A stretch of DNA of 64,000 nt from a virus. The notes below the pieces were generated by a model. It was given only the letters and a program-made list of their open reading frames with translations. It was not told the DNA's origin and made no database searches. Where the stretch lies: the IMG/VR virus record IMGVR_UViG_3300026136_000008; one strand, written 5' to 3'. The position numbers were made by a program, and so were the translations under genes. Shown here one piece after another: positions 26,686-35,712 of this stretch (positions are counted from its first letter, which is position 1; each line of letters starts with the position of its first letter).

Positions 26686-28108
26686 TTACTAGCGGAAAGT
26701 CATTGTTTGGTTTATGATAGTCTTGAAGCCAAGATAGTTCTGGGAAGATTGCATTAAAATCTTGTCCTCTTTCTTCTGCAACACGATAACACCATTCAGC
26801 AGTCTCAGGTAATCGTACAGACCAATCTTCTGCATTCATGAATGAGGCAATACCTTTAAGTCTATCAATAGTATAATTGTTTTCCATGAAAGCTTCTTTT
26901 GTTGGTGCACCAGATAATTCCCAGTTCTCTTCTAACCATGGATAGAAAGCCTCATACTTTTCAGTAACCTTCTTCTTAAAATCTAATGGCAACGCTTTAC
27001 AATTTAATTGAGGCGGCCAATATGCCAGATGGTTATCAATCATACCTCCACCCTGAGGCCATGTATTTAACAGCTTCCATTTATTTGTTAATTTCCATTT
27101 AACGAAATCTGGTATAGACCATATGTTGAGTAGTTGTATAGTATAAGCTGTTGTAAGCCTAAGGTTTCCATGAGGATAGTTATCTAACTCCCTCATTTTT
27201 TCAGTGAGATGGTCGAATGTTGCAGGATATCTTATATAATGCAACCTATCTCCCATATCATCAATAGAGAAATGAAATATAACTTCCTTAAAATGCTTCC
27301 ATAAATCGAACAAGTTGTCGTCCCACTCCATTCCGTTTGAGTTATATCTCACTTCAATCTCGCTAGCATAACCATCTTCAATGATTTGCTCTAATAATTC
27401 ATAATGTTCTTTCATTACAAGTGGTTCACCACCTGCCCAATACAATTGTTTTAGTTTAGGTATTTGTTCGTATAGTTCATCAAAGAACATAGGATTCTTT
27501 TTATGCCATGCATAACTTGCACCTACGAAGGCTAACTTACCTGTCTCCTTCTCCCAACGCATTGTTTTTTCTAAATTTTCATTCTTTAATTTAGGATGTA
27601 TTTTTTTATGTTCTACAATCCAACCCGAAGAATCGTTCGGTGAACACATAACACAGGCTAACTGACACTTAGACCCAAGGCGAAGATCCACGTATCGGAT
27701 TTGTGGTGGTACTGAACCAGTCTCTGGATCGTAACCTTCTAATACTGACTCTAAACCTAATTTATTAATCCATTTTGTGGTCTCCCACATCCTCTTAGAT
27801 CTATGTCCTGCATCTTCCTCTTTGTAACACTTAATACAACTATTAGGTTTCTCACCACGCATCATTGCTTTACGTGTACCTCTCATATAAGCATTATTCC
27901 ATGCTGATTCTAATGATGTATTGGCAAGATTAGAAGGCATACCATCATCATTCTTTAGAATGCCAATGTCTGATTCTATCTTATCTTGAGAGTCTGGATT
28001 CTGAACACCGGAAGCGTTAGCTGTACAACATACGCGCATGTGTCCGTTTGGTCTTGTTGAGAGGTGTACCCATGGAAGAGCACAAAAAGTTTCACTTGGA
28101 TAATTCAT
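26672..28108 (-). CDS. Radical SAM protein with N-terminal twitch-type domain
   Basis: CALPW...VCC...CIKC; CQLACVMC; AGGEPL. Confidence 0.92.
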   Translation of the reverse strand: MNYPSETFCALPWVHLSTRPNGHMRVCCTANASGVQNPDSQDKIESDIGILKNDDGMPSNLANTSLESAWNNAYMRGTRKAMMRGEKPNSCIKCYKEEDAGHRSKRMWETTKWINKLGLESVLEGYDPETGSVPPQIRYVDLRLGSKCQLACVMCSPNDSSGWIVEHKKIHPKLKNENLEKTMRWEKETGKLAFVGASYAWHKKNPMFFDELYEQIPKLKQLYWAGGEPLVMKEHYELLEQIIEDGYASEIEVRYNSNGMEWDDNLFDLWKHFKEVIFHFSIDDMGDRLHYIRYPATFDHLTEKMRELDNYPHGNLRLTTAYTIQLLNIWSIPDFVKWKLTNKWKLLNTWPQGGGMIDNHLAYWPPQLNCKALPLDFKKKVTEKYEAFYPWLEENWELSGAPTKEAFMENNYTIDRLKGIASFMNAEDWSVRLPETAEWCYRVAEERGQDFNAIFPELSWLQDYHKPNNDFPLVINTV

Positions 28109-28113
28109 AACAA

Positions 28114-28121
28114 TATTTATA
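28114..28121 (-). promoter_or_regulatory. T4-type late promoter at the head of the enzyme island
   Basis: TATAAATA-N5-ATG(28108). Confidence 0.7.
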
Positions 28122-28141
28122 AGGGCTCCGAAGAGCCCTTA
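28120..28141 (-). terminator. UUCG hairpin after the tail-fibre operon
   Basis: TAAGGGCTC-TTCG-GAGCCCTTA; no proper U tract (it runs into TATAAATA). Confidence 0.65.
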
Positions 28142-28153
28142 GAATTTTACTTA

Positions 28154-30445
28154 TTAGTTAAGTAATGAACCTGCAGCGTTGTAGATATCTATACGGTAAT
28201 GAGAACCGTGTTGACCATCTAGTAAGTCAGCATCTAAACCTGAAGAAGCACCATCAACTGTCTTAATAGCAGTTAAGATTTCTGCAGCTGTTTGGTCAGC
28301 CGTTGCAGAAGCTTCAATACCATTTAGTTTAGTGTGGTCTGCATCTGTGAATACATTACTGTCCGTCGCTGCTTCAACCGCTGCTCTAATTTCAGCATCA
28401 GTTTGGTCAGCTGTAGCAGAAGCTTCTATACCATCTAGCTTAGTATGATCAGCGTCAGTAAACACATTTGAATCCGAAGCAGCTTCAACCGCTGCACGTA
28501 TCTCAGCGTTTGTTTGATCAGCTGTTGCACCAGACTCAATACCATCTAGCTTACTACCGTCAGTGGCTAAGTCACGTCCGTCAACCGTACCACCAATTGT
28601 CAAGTTACCTGATGAAGGATTATACGCTAATCCAGTATCACTTTCAAGACCTTGTGTACCTGTAGCACCATCAACAAATACTGGATAAACAGTCTCATCA
28701 GTAGAGTTATTTGCAGTAATTGTAACAGTAGTTGCTAAAGTTGCTGTATCAGCATTACCTGTAACTGCACCCGTAACATCACCTTCTAAGTTAGCAACTA
28801 AAGTACCAACTGCATAGCCAGTACCAGAAGTATTAACTGTTGTAGTAGGCTCAGCTTGGTTGTCTTTAAAGATCTTCCACTTACCTGAATCAGAAGCATC
28901 TCTAAAGATACCACCATAAAGGTCTTGTGAACCTGATGTATCATACAATCCGTATAGACCAATATCCACTGCATCAGCCGAACCATTGTTGGTAGCTAGT
29001 GATAATAGTGGATCAGCAACTTCGATTGTTGTTGAGCTAACTGAAGTGTTCGTACCAGATACTGTTAGGTTACCAGCAATTGTTACATTATCTGGTAGAC
29101 CGACTGTGATTGTTCCTGAAGACTCAGCAACTGTAACCTCGTTGGCAGTTCCGGCGAAAGTAACTGTACCACCGAGAGCTGTGGCTGTTGAGTTTGAACC
29201 ATCACTTACAGTAATAGTTGAGTTAGCAAGTTTAGCGTTAGCAATTGAACCACTTAAGTGTGAGTTATCAACTGAACCTGCAACTAGATGCTCACTATCA
29301 ATTTGAGCGTCAGCAATCAATGCAGATGTAATTTGATCAGCTGCTATATGTGCAGTGTCAATTGAACCATCTACATAGTGCTCTGAGTTAATTGAATCAT
29401 CAGCAATCTTAGTTCCATCTACCGCATCAGCAGCTAGACGAGCAGTATCAACCGCACCATCTGCTATCTGAGCTGTGTCAATTGCATCATCTGCCATCAA
29501 AGCGTTTGTGATTTGATCTGCAGCAATGTGAGCCGTGTCGATTGAACCATCAACATAGTGTTCACTATTGATCGAATCATCAGCAATTTCTGCACCAGTA
29601 ATTACATCAGCACTAATGTTTGTTACACCCGCATTAGTCATTGTTACATCACCACTTAGTGAAGCAGCAGTAAATCCAGTGCCATCACCAATTAGTATTT
29701 GAGTATCTGCAACAGCTTTAGCTGAAAGAACACCAGAACTATTTGCATCTCTTACTATAACTGTGTTAGCAGCTTGAGAAGCAATCTTTGCTAATGTTAC
29801 ATTTGCATCTTGAATATGTGCTGTGCGTACTGCATCATCAATAATAGCATCAGTATTAATAGAGTTTGGAGCTAAATGCTCAGCATCAATTGAATCTGCA
29901 ACGATATGCTCTGAGTTAATAACATCATCTGCAATCAATGAAGCAACAATCTGATCTGCAGCAATATGAGCCGTATCGATAGAACCGGCGGTGATATGCT
30001 CTGAGTTAACTGCGTTATCTGCTAGATGAGTACCATCAATAACATCTGCGCCTAGTGTTATTACACCACCATCTGTCATTGTAGCATCACCAGACATCAC
30101 ATTGTCGATCCACATTGATGTTCCTGTGTCATATAACAACATAGATCCATCGGCGGCAGATGTGATATTTACATCGTTATCTTCGGCAAGAGTATTCTCA
30201 GCGCCAATTTGTGCATCAACGTAAGCTTTGACGGATTGTTGCGATGGTACCTTCGTGGCAAGGTTAGATGCCATGTTATCTTCGTCAATTAACCAAGAAT
30301 AACCGGAAGCATCAGATTGTGCTGAAGTTACAATCGTACCGGCGTCGTCCGGTAGAGTTATTGTTCTATCAGTATTTGAATTAGGAGAAGTTAATGTAAA
30401 TACACCAGTTCCGCCTGAATCACCCTGAATTTTTATCTTTGACAT
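28154..30445 (-). CDS. Tail fibre / fibre-like structural protein
   Basis: ADDAV-type decapeptide repeats, KLDGIEASATADQT repeats, SGLDADLLDG motif. Confidence 0.75.
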   Translation of the reverse strand: MSKIKIQGDSGGTGVFTLTSPNSNTDRTITLPDDAGTIVTSAQSDASGYSWLIDEDNMASNLATKVPSQQSVKAYVDAQIGAENTLAEDNDVNITSAADGSMLLYDTGTSMWIDNVMSGDATMTDGGVITLGADVIDGTHLADNAVNSEHITAGSIDTAHIAADQIVASLIADDVINSEHIVADSIDAEHLAPNSINTDAIIDDAVRTAHIQDANVTLAKIASQAANTVIVRDANSSGVLSAKAVADTQILIGDGTGFTAASLSGDVTMTNAGVTNISADVITGAEIADDSINSEHYVDGSIDTAHIAADQITNALMADDAIDTAQIADGAVDTARLAADAVDGTKIADDSINSEHYVDGSIDTAHIAADQITSALIADAQIDSEHLVAGSVDNSHLSGSIANAKLANSTITVSDGSNSTATALGGTVTFAGTANEVTVAESSGTITVGLPDNVTIAGNLTVSGTNTSVSSTTIEVADPLLSLATNNGSADAVDIGLYGLYDTSGSQDLYGGIFRDASDSGKWKIFKDNQAEPTTTVNTSGTGYAVGTLVANLEGDVTGAVTGNADTATLATTVTITANNSTDETVYPVFVDGATGTQGLESDTGLAYNPSSGNLTIGGTVDGRDLATDGSKLDGIESGATADQTNAEIRAAVEAASDSNVFTDADHTKLDGIEASATADQTDAEIRAAVEAATDSNVFTDADHTKLNGIEASATADQTAAEILTAIKTVDGASSGLDADLLDGQHGSHYRIDIYNAAGSLLN
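28270..28552 (-). repeat. Coding tandem repeat, 37-aa (111-nt) period, about 2.5 copies
   Basis: KLDGIE.ATADQT.AEIRAAVEAA.DSNVFTDADHT repeated; boundaries approximate. Confidence 0.8.
29230..30055 (-). repeat. Two blocks of 10-aa coding repeats, about 22 units
   Basis: ADDSINSEHY/VDGSIDTAHI/AADQIT pattern; boundaries approximate. Confidence 0.8.
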
Positions 30446-30462
30446 TTATCGTCTCCTAAAAA

Positions 30463-33400
30463 TTAAACCACTACCCAAGTAGATCCGCTAGGGACCGTCA
30501 CTGAATAGCCTGAGTTAATGGTTATTGGTCCAGCAGTTAACGCGTTGTTACCAGAAGTTATTTCATAATCTTCTGCAACTGTATAACTGTGTTCCCACAT
30601 AACCTTTCCTGTAGTGTTTCCACCACCAACTAATCCCCACTCACTTCCATCATAGATTTCCGCACTTGAAGTTGTTGTATTCCATCTAAAGAAACCAGCA
30701 CTTGGAGATCCATCTCTCTGTGCTGTAGTTCCTGAAGGTATCTTCGCAGATGCGTTAGCACCTGATTCCATTACCGCGCCAGCAGCTTCTACATTTGTAG
30801 CATCCGTGACATCTGCTAATGCTTCAATACCACCTAGTTTTGCTAGTGCAGCATCTGTAAAGTCATTAGTACTTTTAACGTGTGTTGTACCATTATCAAT
30901 ATCATCTAATGTACCGCCCATTTCTGATAAATGATCTTGTGTTGCATCAGCGGCAGTATATGCAGTTGTAATTGCAGCTTCACGTGCATCTACATATGCT
31001 TTAATTGATTGTTGTGTTGCTAATTTAGTAGCAGAATCTGACGCCATATTATCTTCATCAACAACAAATCCCATTCCAGAAGTTGTTGTATCTGATAACA
31101 TAACTGCACCAGCAGCATTAACATTTGTTGCATCTGTTACATCAGCATTAGCTTCGATATTTGCTAGCTTAGTAAATTGCGCATCTGTAAAGGCTGAGGT
31201 TTCTGCCTCATATAATGCTTTAATCTCAGCACCAGTTTGGTCTGCGGTTGCAGCAGATTCAATGCCATCTAGTTTTGTACCATCTGCAGCAACATCACGT
31301 CCGTCAACCGTACCACCTACTGTTATATTACCAGTAAGACTTGCAGTTGCACCTTCAAGGTTAGCAACCATAGTACCAGTTGTAATTGTTAAGTTACCGG
31401 TTGAAGCACCTGTAAATGATCCTGTACCAACTATAAATTTATCTGCACTCTCATCAAATCCGATAAAGGCATTATCTGATGAACCACGTTCAAATACTAA
31501 ACCTAAATCACCTGATGGTGAACCAGTTTGACCATTACCAAGTTCGATTAACTTATCAGTAATAACAGTGTTTGTCGAAGCGGCTGTTGTTGTAGTACCA
31601 TTAACTGTAAGGTTACCACTAACAACTACATCATCAAACGTTACATCAGCATCGGTAGCAACTGATTGTCCAATAGATATTGCACCACCTGAATATGTAA
31701 CACCCGTGCCAGCACTTAAATGAGCCCGTACTTCAGCAGCACTTGGCCCTGTATATGTAATAACACCAGTAGAATTATTGTAAGCTAATGAACCATCACC
31801 TCCAGAATCAGTAACACTAATATGTGCTCTGGCTTCTGCAGCACTTGGACCAGTATAAGTTATTACACCGGTAGAATTATTATAAGCTAATGAACCATCA
31901 CCACCAGCATCGGTAACACTTACCTTACCTCTAATAACAGCATCTGTAATTGATAGATCTATTGCACCATCACCATTATCATCATATGTTGCTGTGATAT
32001 TTGTGTGTGAACCATTAGTAGCAATTTGAGCACCTGCAGCATCTTGTGCTCTCTCGTCTGTGAAGTATAAGTTAGCTGAACCTTCACTAAGGTCATCTGT
32101 ATCGTTAGCAGCTAGATCATAACCACTTGCACCCGTTGTTGCTGATATTGTTAATCTATTATTAGCATCATCATATGTTGCAGTTACGTTTGTACCACCA
32201 ACAATCAATGCACTTACACGATCATCAACTCTTTCCTCTGTGTAGTATAAGTTATTTGAACCCTCAGCAGTTTCGTCTGTAGTTTGTGCATCAACATATG
32301 CCTTAATAGATTGTTGAGTAGCAAGATGAGTAGCACTATTTGATGACATATCATCTTCATCTTTAACTGCTGAACCACTAACACCCGTATTTAATACTGG
32401 TGAAGTTACTGTTGGACTAGTTAATGTCTTATTAGTTAATGTCTGTGTGCCTGTTAATGTAGTAACTGTTGAGTCGATAGCAAATGTAACAGCGTTTCCA
32501 GAGCCTGATGTATCAATACCTGTACCACCAGTAAATGTTAATGCTTCACTATCTAAATCAATTGATAATGAACCACCGCTGTCGGCAGCAAAGTCTAAGT
32601 CTTGAGCAGTAACTTGAGAGTCTACATAAGCTTTAATTGATTGCTGTGTTGCTAGTTGAGTAGCAGAATCACTAGACATATCATCTTCATCTAATATAGC
32701 TGTACCACTTACTCCTGTATTTAGAACAGGTGAAGTTAATGTTTTATTTGTTAATGTTTGTGAAGCTGTATTTAAAGTAATAGCACTCGTATTAGATAAA
32801 TCAGTTGAAGCAATTGTAATATCAGCAGAACCATTAAAGCTTTGACCCGCAATTGTTCTTGCAGTTGCTAATGTAGTTGCTGTATCTGCATTTCCAGTTA
32901 CGTCACCTGTTACATCACCTGTTAAATCACCAACAAATGCTGTTGATGTAATACTTGTAGCACCCGTAACTACACCTGCATCAACATTAATTGCACCATC
33001 TAATACAATTTGTTGTCCAGCGAGTGGAGTAATATTTAAATCTGTACCCGCAGTAGATGAAATAGTATTTCCATTAATGTTAATATTATCAACATCTAAC
33101 GCTGTTAATGTACCTAATGAAGTAATAGCAGTTTGTGCAGCACCTGTAACTGTAGCTGCTGTACCAGATACATTTCCTGTTACATCACCTGTAACATCAC
33201 CCGTTAAATCACCAGTTACATTACCTTCAAGGTTAGCAACTAATGTACCAGTCGTATGGCCAGTAGCACTTACATTAACTGTAGTAGTTGGTTCGGCTTG
33301 TGAATCCTTATATAGTTTCCACTTACCAGAATCTGATGCATCTCTAAATAGACCTGAGTATAAATCTTGTGAACCGCTTGTATCATATAAACCATAGAAA

Positions 33401-34680
33401 CCTATGTCAACTGCATCTGCAGAATCATTATTTGTAGCTAATGATAACATTGGATCTGCAACATTAACAGTAGTCGATGAAACAGTTGTTTGTGTTCCTG
33501 ATACTGTTAAGTTACCACCAATCGTAACGTTTCCATTAATACTAGCAATAGTAGGATTGGTTAGTGTTTTATTCGTTAATGTTTGTGTACCTGTTAATGT
33601 AGCAACAGTAGAATCAATAGCAATCGAGATGTCATTATCAGATACTGTTGTATCAATACCTGTTCCACCAGTAAAGTTTAATGTATCAGTGGCAAGAGCT
33701 ACTGTATCATCAGAACCTGAATCAGCTCCAACCGTTAATGATGTTGTAATAGACGCAGTACTCGCTGCTGTAATTAAACCTTTAGCATTAACCGTAATAA
33801 CTGGAATTGCTGTTGTAGAACCAAATGAACCTACGTTTGAATTAACTGTAGCAAGAGTAATTGCACCTGTATCAGCTAGAGTAGCATCGCCTGACATGAC
33901 ATTATCAATCCAAACAGAATTACCAGTGTCATATAATAACATTGAACCATCTGCTGGAGATGTTATAGTTGTATCGGCTAATTCACTTAATGCATCGGCT
34001 GTATCTACTTGAGCATCAACATATGCTTTAATTGATTGCTGCGTAGCAAGATGAGTAGCTGAATCACTAGCCATATCATCTTCATCTTTAATTGCAGTAC
34101 CAGAAATTCCTGTATTTAATACTGGACTTGTTAATGTTTTATTTGTTAATGTTTGGGAGCCCGTTAATGTTGTAACAGTGGAATCAATAGAGGCAGTAAT
34201 GCTATTACCACTACCTACAGTGTCGATACCTGTACCACCTGCGATTGTAAGTGACTCTGAATCTAGGTCAATGCTTAATGCACCACCTGAATCACCTTGA
34301 AAATCTAGGTCTTGGGCAGTTACTTGTGCATCCACATAAGCTTTAATTGATTGTTGTGTAGCTAAATGTGTTGCTGAATCTGTTGATAAATCGTCTTCAT
34401 CTAATACTGGAACTACAAAATCAAGTGTTCCATCTGAGTCATCATAGGTTACTGAGATAAATGTTTCAGTATTTGAGGTGACCATTGCACCTACTAAATC
34501 CTCTACATTCTCAATATTTTGTGTGAATTGTGGTAATGAATTCCAAGCAGTTGAACCATCACCCATTTTAATAAAGTTATTAGTTTGGTCAAGCCCCATC
34601 TCACCAGCGGCAAGGGTTGGGTTATTAGACGACCAATTGGCCGCTGTATCTCTTCTTATCTTAAATATTGTTCCTGCCAT
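30463..34680 (-). CDS. Long tail fibre protein with an Mtd-N-like N-terminus
   Basis: RRDTAANWSSNNPTLAAGEMG..K.GDG..AWN.LP; five DED.M.SDSAT.LATQQSIKAYVD modules; QTLTNKTLTSP repeats; GTTAQR module. Confidence 0.8.
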   Translation of the reverse strand: MAGTIFKIRRDTAANWSSNNPTLAAGEMGLDQTNNFIKMGDGSTAWNSLPQFTQNIENVEDLVGAMVTSNTETFISVTYDDSDGTLDFVVPVLDEDDLSTDSATHLATQQSIKAYVDAQVTAQDLDFQGDSGGALSIDLDSESLTIAGGTGIDTVGSGNSITASIDSTVTTLTGSQTLTNKTLTSPVLNTGISGTAIKDEDDMASDSATHLATQQSIKAYVDAQVDTADALSELADTTITSPADGSMLLYDTGNSVWIDNVMSGDATLADTGAITLATVNSNVGSFGSTTAIPVITVNAKGLITAASTASITTSLTVGADSGSDDTVALATDTLNFTGGTGIDTTVSDNDISIAIDSTVATLTGTQTLTNKTLTNPTIASINGNVTIGGNLTVSGTQTTVSSTTVNVADPMLSLATNNDSADAVDIGFYGLYDTSGSQDLYSGLFRDASDSGKWKLYKDSQAEPTTTVNVSATGHTTGTLVANLEGNVTGDLTGDVTGDVTGNVSGTAATVTGAAQTAITSLGTLTALDVDNININGNTISSTAGTDLNITPLAGQQIVLDGAINVDAGVVTGATSITSTAFVGDLTGDVTGDVTGNADTATTLATARTIAGQSFNGSADITIASTDLSNTSAITLNTASQTLTNKTLTSPVLNTGVSGTAILDEDDMSSDSATQLATQQSIKAYVDSQVTAQDLDFAADSGGSLSIDLDSEALTFTGGTGIDTSGSGNAVTFAIDSTVTTLTGTQTLTNKTLTSPTVTSPVLNTGVSGSAVKDEDDMSSNSATHLATQQSIKAYVDAQTTDETAEGSNNLYYTEERVDDRVSALIVGGTNVTATYDDANNRLTISATTGASGYDLAANDTDDLSEGSANLYFTDERAQDAAGAQIATNGSHTNITATYDDNGDGAIDLSITDAVIRGKVSVTDAGGDGSLAYNNSTGVITYTGPSAAEARAHISVTDSGGDGSLAYNNSTGVITYTGPSAAEVRAHLSAGTGVTYSGGAISIGQSVATDADVTFDDVVVSGNLTVNGTTTTAASTNTVITDKLIELGNGQTGSPSGDLGLVFERGSSDNAFIGFDESADKFIVGTGSFTGASTGNLTITTGTMVANLEGATASLTGNITVGGTVDGRDVAADGTKLDGIESAATADQTGAEIKALYEAETSAFTDAQFTKLANIEANADVTDATNVNAAGAVMLSDTTTSGMGFVVDEDNMASDSATKLATQQSIKAYVDAREAAITTAYTAADATQDHLSEMGGTLDDIDNGTTHVKSTNDFTDAALAKLGGIEALADVTDATNVEAAGAVMESGANASAKIPSGTTAQRDGSPSAGFFRWNTTTSSAEIYDGSEWGLVGGGNTTGKVMWEHSYTVAEDYEITSGNNALTAGPITINSGYSVTVPSGSTWVVV
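31720..31923 (-). repeat. 102-nt tandem duplication inside the fibre gene
   Basis: SVTD.GGDGSLAYNNSTGVITYTGPSAAE.RAH twice. Confidence 0.85.
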
Positions 34681-34684
34681 TTAG

Positions 34685-34951
34685 TTACGCTCCCCCGCCA
34701 TCATAGCTGTTAAAAGGTGATGCCATTAATGCTTCTCCAGAAGTTCCTGCATCAATAAAAACATCGCCGTTAGAATCACCCATATCAAATACCTGTTGTG
34801 TTGTCACTTGAAAGATATTTCCATTTCCGTCTTTTGAATACAATGCATGGTCGGCTGTGTTAAGGGCTAACTCGCCTTGCTGGAGGTCGCTTGCTGATGG
34901 TTTCTTACCAGCAACCGCCGATTGCTTGATTTTTACTATTGTTCCTGCCAT
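34685..34951 (-). CDS. Small tail-fibre connector-like protein
   Basis: KQSAVAGKKPSASDLQQGELALNTAD resembles N-terminal domains of T4-like distal fibres. Confidence 0.6.
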   Translation of the reverse strand: MAGTIVKIKQSAVAGKKPSASDLQQGELALNTADHALYSKDGNGNIFQVTTQQVFDMGDSNGDVFIDAGTSGEALMASPFNSYDGGGA

Positions 34952-35000
34952 ATCTATGTGCTCAAATTGTAATGTAGTGATTATATAACCACTATGTTCT

Positions 35001-35008
35001 TATTTATA
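35001..35008 (-). promoter_or_regulatory. T4-type late promoter for the fibre operon, with a 5' hairpin at 34975-34994
   Basis: Intergenic TATAAATA; TAGTGGTT-ATAT-AATCACTA starts at about +2. Confidence 0.7.
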
Positions 35009-35040
35009 ACAACCGAATATTCAGCTGTATATACCTTTAT

Positions 35041-35712
35041 TTATAATCCGCCTTGTCCGTTAAGCAAACAGATTGCAGCGCTTTCTAAAAAATAAGGCTC
35101 ATCGGGAGGGTTATACCAAGACTCTTCTTTAATCCCATAGTATCTTGAATAGATTCTTCCTTGCTTCCAGTAATTAGAAGGAGCAAAGCCTTCACAATAT
35201 ATAAAGCCATCTATTCCAGGATAGGTTATCATATAGTCATCGGGATTTTCCCAGAAATGTTCCCATATATGATAGTTCTCATCATTCCAAAATACCATTA
35301 CACTTGAGTTTATATCATGATCTCTTATTGTTCGACCTTCGAATACCCAATCAGATCTTAATTGTTCTATAGGTTTCCAATAACATTTAACCATTGTAAA
35401 CTCGTGTGCCATATAGATTTCATCTAATCTACCTTGTATAACAACATCTAAGTCTAGATATAACCATTTACCTTCAGGTAATATGCCAGGCTTAAACAAC
35501 ATAAGCTTATTCCATACACCGTGCAGATCCATATCAATCAACGGTATCCAATGAATATGTGGATGTAACCCTATTGAATCATCGGTATAACAATAGAATT
35601 GTATAGAGTTCTCGTGTTCACCCCATTGCAATTGATTTCGAATACTATAATATAGCTTATTGACATCATCGGCACTATATTTGTCACCCCATTTTACTGT
35701 TACAATGTTAAT
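35041..35712 (-). CDS. GT-A glycosyltransferase (KWG..Y family), probable ATT start
   Basis: In-frame (M)NIVTVKWGDKYSADDVNKLY lies upstream of the ORF-track TTG; AAGGAG 6 nt before ATT; WNKL, YLDLD, INSSVM. Confidence 0.75.
   Translation of the reverse strand: MNIVTVKWGDKYSADDVNKLYYSIRNQLQWGEHENSIQFYCYTDDSIGLHPHIHWIPLIDMDLHGVWNKLMLFKPGILPEGKWLYLDLDVVIQGRLDEIYMAHEFTMVKCYWKPIEQLRSDWVFEGRTIRDHDINSSVMVFWNDENYHIWEHFWENPDDYMITYPGIDGFIYCEGFAPSNYWKQGRIYSRYYGIKEESWYNPPDEPYFLESAAICLLNGQGGL

Noticed and set aside
30463-34680. Diversity-generating retroelement suggested by the Mtd-like N-terminus and duplicated cassettes
   Set aside because: No reverse transcriptase is in the window, and the repeat differences look synonymous and in-frame rather than adenine-specific TR/VR changes
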